A stretch of DNA of 63,953 nt, counting the filler, from Reclinomonas americana ATCC 50394 (lineage: Eukaryota), in NCBI GenBank assembly GCA_048213135.1. It is 32 parts of 32 records of this genome, joined end to end, with 100 filler letters (N's around TTAATTAATTAA, not from the genome) between each part and the next. Parts side by side here need not be neighbours in the genome. Positions count along the whole stretch, not along the records: positions 58,191 to 60,443 come from AFZH01024976.1; positions 60,544 to 62,139 come from AFZH01024978.1; positions 62,240 to 63,953 come from AFZH01024990.1; 29 more parts are not named here. The stretch is one strand, 5' to 3'. Each line of letters starts with the position of its first letter. Within the stretch, counting starts at the first letter, position 1. Positions 60,218 through 63,953 of this stretch are shown here, in pieces. The notes below the pieces were generated by a model that ran no database searches, was not told the origin of the DNA, and saw only the letters and a list, made by a program, of their open reading frames with translations. A program made the position numbers and the translations under genes.

Positions 60218-60443
60218 TCAGTAGTCGACGCCGGCGAACACCGCGACGGCGTTGTGGCCGCCGAAGCCGAACGAGTTGCTGATCGCGAACTGCGGACCGT
60301 CGCCGAGCGGCGTCGCGTCTCCGGAGAGGCGGAACGGCACGGCGGGGTCGGGCTCGGTCATGTTGATCGTCGGCGGGGCGACACGATCGCGCAGCGCGAG
60401 GAGGGAGAAGATCGCCTCCAGGGCGCCGGTGCCTCCCAGCAGG
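60218..60443 (-). CDS. fabF: Beta-ketoacyl-ACP synthase (FabF) C-terminus
   Basis: LLGGTGALE, APPTIN, ISNSFGFGGHNA. Confidence 0.92.
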
Positions 60444-60680
60444 NNNNNNNNNNNNNNNNNNNNNNNNNNNNNNNNNNNNNNNNNNNNTTAATTAATTAAN
60501 NNNNNNNNNNNNNNNNNNNNNNNNNNNNNNNNNNNNNNNNNNNGGAATCGCCGGCCTCACCCCGAAGCGGGCGGATGCCGTCGCCGCTGCCGCCGCGCCG
60601 CACGCCGCCGTCGGTGCTCACACGGCCACGGCGACAGATACCGATCAGAGCGCAGCCTCGGCCGAGCGCGGAGGAGAGCG

Positions 60681-61034
60681 ATGAGCGACGAGAAGCCGAC
60701 CCGCCGGGACATCCTGCGCCCGCTGCACCTGCTCGGCATCGCCCTCGGCTGCGGCGTCTTCGCGATGATCGTCACACTGGTCTCGACCGGAGCCTTCACC
60801 GCGCGCGTGAACGCCGCGATCGCCGAGGGAAGCTATGACGGCCTGACGCCGGTGGCGCTGGGCCTCGTGGTCGGCGGTGGTGCCTTCATCGTGACGCTGC
60901 TGATCCTCGCGATGCTGATCCTCGCCGTCGATCCGGCCGACGTCACCAAGACGATCGACCGGCCGGTGCTGTACGACGCGGAGCCCGACGAGGACTCCGG
61001 CGCCGAGAAGCCCGGACCGTCGCGCTCCTCCTGA
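60681..61034 (+). CDS. Small two-TM actinobacterial membrane protein
   Basis: GGAG RBS, two hydrophobic segments, GC3-biased codons. Confidence 0.7.
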   Translation: MSDEKPTRRDILRPLHLLGIALGCGVFAMIVTLVSTGAFTARVNAAIAEGSYDGLTPVALGLVVGGGAFIVTLLILAMLILAVDPADVTKTIDRPVLYDAEPDEDSGAEKPGPSRSS

Positions 61035-61093
61035 TCCCGCGTCGCCGTGCGCGGATCCGGAATAGTCGCGGGCGCTGAGGGCTTGTGCCTAGA

Positions 61094-62139
61094 GTGACTG
61101 CCTCCGTCGACCGCGCCTCCATCGGACTGCGGTCGGAGCGAGGCCCCATCCTCGGCGCGCTGATGCTCTCCACCGGACTCATCGCGATCGACGCCACGAT
61201 CCTGGCGACCGCGGTGCCCAGCATCGTCCGGGAGCTCGGCAGCTACCAGCAGTTCCCGTGGCTGTTCTCCGTCTACCTGTTGGCGCAGGCGGTGAGCGTG
61301 CCGATCTATTCGCGCTTCGCCGACACGGTGGGGCGCAAGCCGATCATCCTGCTCGGCATCGCCCTGTTCCTGCTCGGCTCGATCCTCTGCGGATTCGCGT
61401 GGAGCATGCCCGCCCTCATCGTGTTCCGCGTCATCCAGGGCCTCGGCGCCGGTGCCGTCGCGCCGATGTCGATGACGATCGTCGGCGACATCTACACGGT
61501 TGCCGAACGCGCCAAGGTGCAGGGCTACGTCGCGAGCGTCTGGGCGGTCTCGTCGGTCGTCGGGCCGGCGCTCGGCGGCATCTTCGCGCAGCTCGATGCG
61601 TGGCGGTGGATCTTCTGGGTCAACATCCCGCTCTGTCTGATCGCCGGGTGGATGCTGTTGCGCACGTATCACGAGAAGAAGCAGACGCAGCGGCACCGCA
61701 TCGACTACGCCGGAGCCGTGCTCCTCACGATCGGGCTCACCGGCATCATCCTCGGCATGCTCAGGGGGGCAACGCCTGGGCGTGGCTGTCGGTGCAGAGC
61801 GCCCTCTGCTTCGGCGTCGGCATCCTCGCGCTCGTCGCGTTCGTCTTCGTCGAACGGCGGGTCGCGGAGCCGATCGTCGATCTGCGCCTGGCGCGGCGGC
61901 GACTGATCCTCACGACCACCATCGTCTCGCTCGGCGTCGGCGCGCTGATGATCGGCGTGACGAGCTTCGCGCCCGCGTATCTCGAGGGATCGATCGGCAT
62001 CGCTCCGCTGCTCTCCGGGCTCGCGGTCGCCGCGCTGACCCTCGGATGGCCGCTCTCGGCGGCGAACGCCGGGCGCCTGTACTTGAGGATCGGCTTCCGC
62101 CGCACCACCCTCATCGGAATGAGCATCGCGACGATCGCC
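61094..62139 (+). CDS. MFS drug:H+ antiporter (DHA2-like), 3' partial, apparent frameshift ~61763
   Basis: DATILATAVP, RFADTVGRK, FRVIQGLG, WRWIFWVNIP, IDYAG. Confidence 0.9.
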
Positions 62140-62239
62140 NNNNNNNNNNNNNNNNNNNNNNNNNNNNNNNNNNNNNNNNNNNNTTAATTAATTAANNNNN
62201 NNNNNNNNNNNNNNNNNNNNNNNNNNNNNNNNNNNNNNN

Positions 62240-63888
62240 CGATCGGCGGCTCGGCAGGTGCAGCGGTCACGGCTGCGGCCACCGCCAGTCCGCCCGAATT
62301 CGCACCGCTTCCGACGCGCAAGGTCCCGGGATTCGATCACGTCGTCGTGGTCATGTTCGAGAACCGCAGCTTCGACAACATGCTCGGCCACCTCTACAGC
62401 GCCGAGGAGAAGTCGAAGGACGAGTTCGATGGGCTCGCCCAGGGCTCGTACTCCAACCCCGGCCCGGACGGCGAAGCGATCGAGGCGCACATCTACTCCG
62501 GGTCCACGGACCACATCATGCAGTCGCCCCAGCCGGATCCCGGGGAGCACTTCCCGCATGTGAACACCCAGCTCTTCGGAACAGTCGAGCCCACGGGAAA
62601 CGCCCACATCCGGAAGAACGGCCAGATGCCGCCGTTCAACACGCCGCCGACCGGGGCCACCCCCACGAACGACGGGTTCGTGCGCGACTACATCATCAAC
62701 TTCGAGCTCGACAAGGGCCGACCTCCGACGGCGGACGAGTACCGGGTGGCGATGGGCGGCTTCAGCCCCGAGATGATGCCCGTGCTCTCGACGCTCGCCC
62801 GCGAGTTCGCCGTCTACGACGCGTGGCACGCCGCCGTTCCGTCTCAGACCTTCTGCAACCGCCTCTTCTTCCACGCGTCGACTTCTCACGGGTACGTGAC
62901 GAACCACGGCGGGGACAGCTACTACAAGTGGATCGACGGGCCGCCCGCGCCGACGATCTTCAACCGCCTCGAGGAGGCGGGCATCCCCTGGCGGATCTAC
63001 TACGACGGCTCGCAGCTGGTCTCCCTCACGGGACTCCTCCACTCTCCCGTCCTGCAGCCCTACTGGAAGACCAACTTCCGGGAGATGAGCCAGTTCCACG
63101 AGGACGCGAAGAACGGCGACCTTCCCGCCTACAGCTTCATCGAACCCCGCATGGTCTTCAATCACAACGACATGCATCCGCCGTGGGGTGAGCATGTCCG
63201 AGAGACCGACGTCGAGATCGACGGCGAGACCGTGCCGGTCTACAACAGCGCCCTCTCCGACGTCCGCGCCGGCGATCGGCTCGTCCAGGAGATCTACGAC
63301 GCGATCCGCACGAGCAAGTCGCACAAGGGGTCGAACGCCATGAACACCGCGCTCGTCATCACCTTCGACGAGCACGGCGGGACGTACGATCACGTGGCCC
63401 CGCCGCAGACGACGCCGCCCGACCGCAGCGGTCCGGGCGAGATGGGCTTCGTCTTCGATCGGCTCGGCGTGCGGGTTCCCGCGATCGTGGTCAGCGCCTA
63501 CACCGCCAAAGAGACCGTGATCCACGACGAGATGCACCATGGCTCGATCATCAACACGCTCTGCCGTCAGCACGGGCTGTCACCTCTGACCCTGAGAGAT
63601 CAGACGGCCAACCCGATCTTCAATGCGGTCAACCTCACCGAGCCGCGGCAGCCCTACACCTGGCCGAAGCCGCGCGCGCTCTACGTCGGGCGCAACCCGG
63701 AGGAGGACGACGCGACCTCGTCCGCGACGAAGCACAAGCACCGTCCGCTCACGGCACCGGCGGTCGGCCTCACCGGTCTTCTCCTCGCCCGCTACAACCC
63801 CGGCTCGAAGCCTCCCAAGACCTACGGCGAGGCGTACGAGGCGGTCACCCGGTACGGGTCGGGGCTCTTCGGCGTCTACGACGAGTGA
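62240..63888 (+). CDS. Phosphoesterase / phospholipase C family protein, 5' partial
   Basis: DHVVVVMFENRSFDNMLG, SQTFCNR, DMHPP, ITFDEHGGTYDHV, RLGVRVP. Confidence 0.93.
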
Positions 63889-63953
63889 GCCTCGGCTCCC
63901 CTGCTCAGATCCGCCCTCGCACCGGCGTCCGTTCGACGGCGTCGCCGTCGTCC

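Noticed and set aside
62188..63573. Long antisense ORFs over bacterial genes (also 32608-33372, 48861-49808 and others)
   Set aside because: These are shadow ORFs expected in high-GC coding DNA; the opposite strand carries the recognisable protein.

Overview
This window is not a contiguous locus. It is 32 short, unrelated contigs joined by 100-nt spacers (N...TTAATTAATTAA...N, stops in all six frames). The longer contigs fall steadily from 2312 to 2253 bp, so the order is size-sorted and adjacency across spacers has no biological meaning. About 20 contigs come from a GC-rich, intron-dense, flagellated, mitochondriate eukaryote: axonemal dynein heavy chain, CCDC146, centrin, Mic60, RPL30, V-ATPase c, DOHH, HAL, a MAP2K, an eIF2-alpha kinase and others. 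Two of its loci are present as two haplotypes. Nine contigs look actinobacterial (Microbacteriaceae-like) and three alphaproteobacterial (Rhizobiales-like), probably co-cultured bacteria. The most novel signals are in the eukaryote's splicing. (1) About a third of the frame-checked introns use a +1-shifted donor, H|GTTNNG (mostly GTTGCG), almost only when the exon does not end in G. (2) The centrin gene needs a 1-nt exon followed by a 7-nt exon to rebuild its first EF-hand. (3) RPL30 has an abnormally long first intron with stop-generating alternative acceptors and a long hairpin. All calls are by eye from motifs; no database searches were run.
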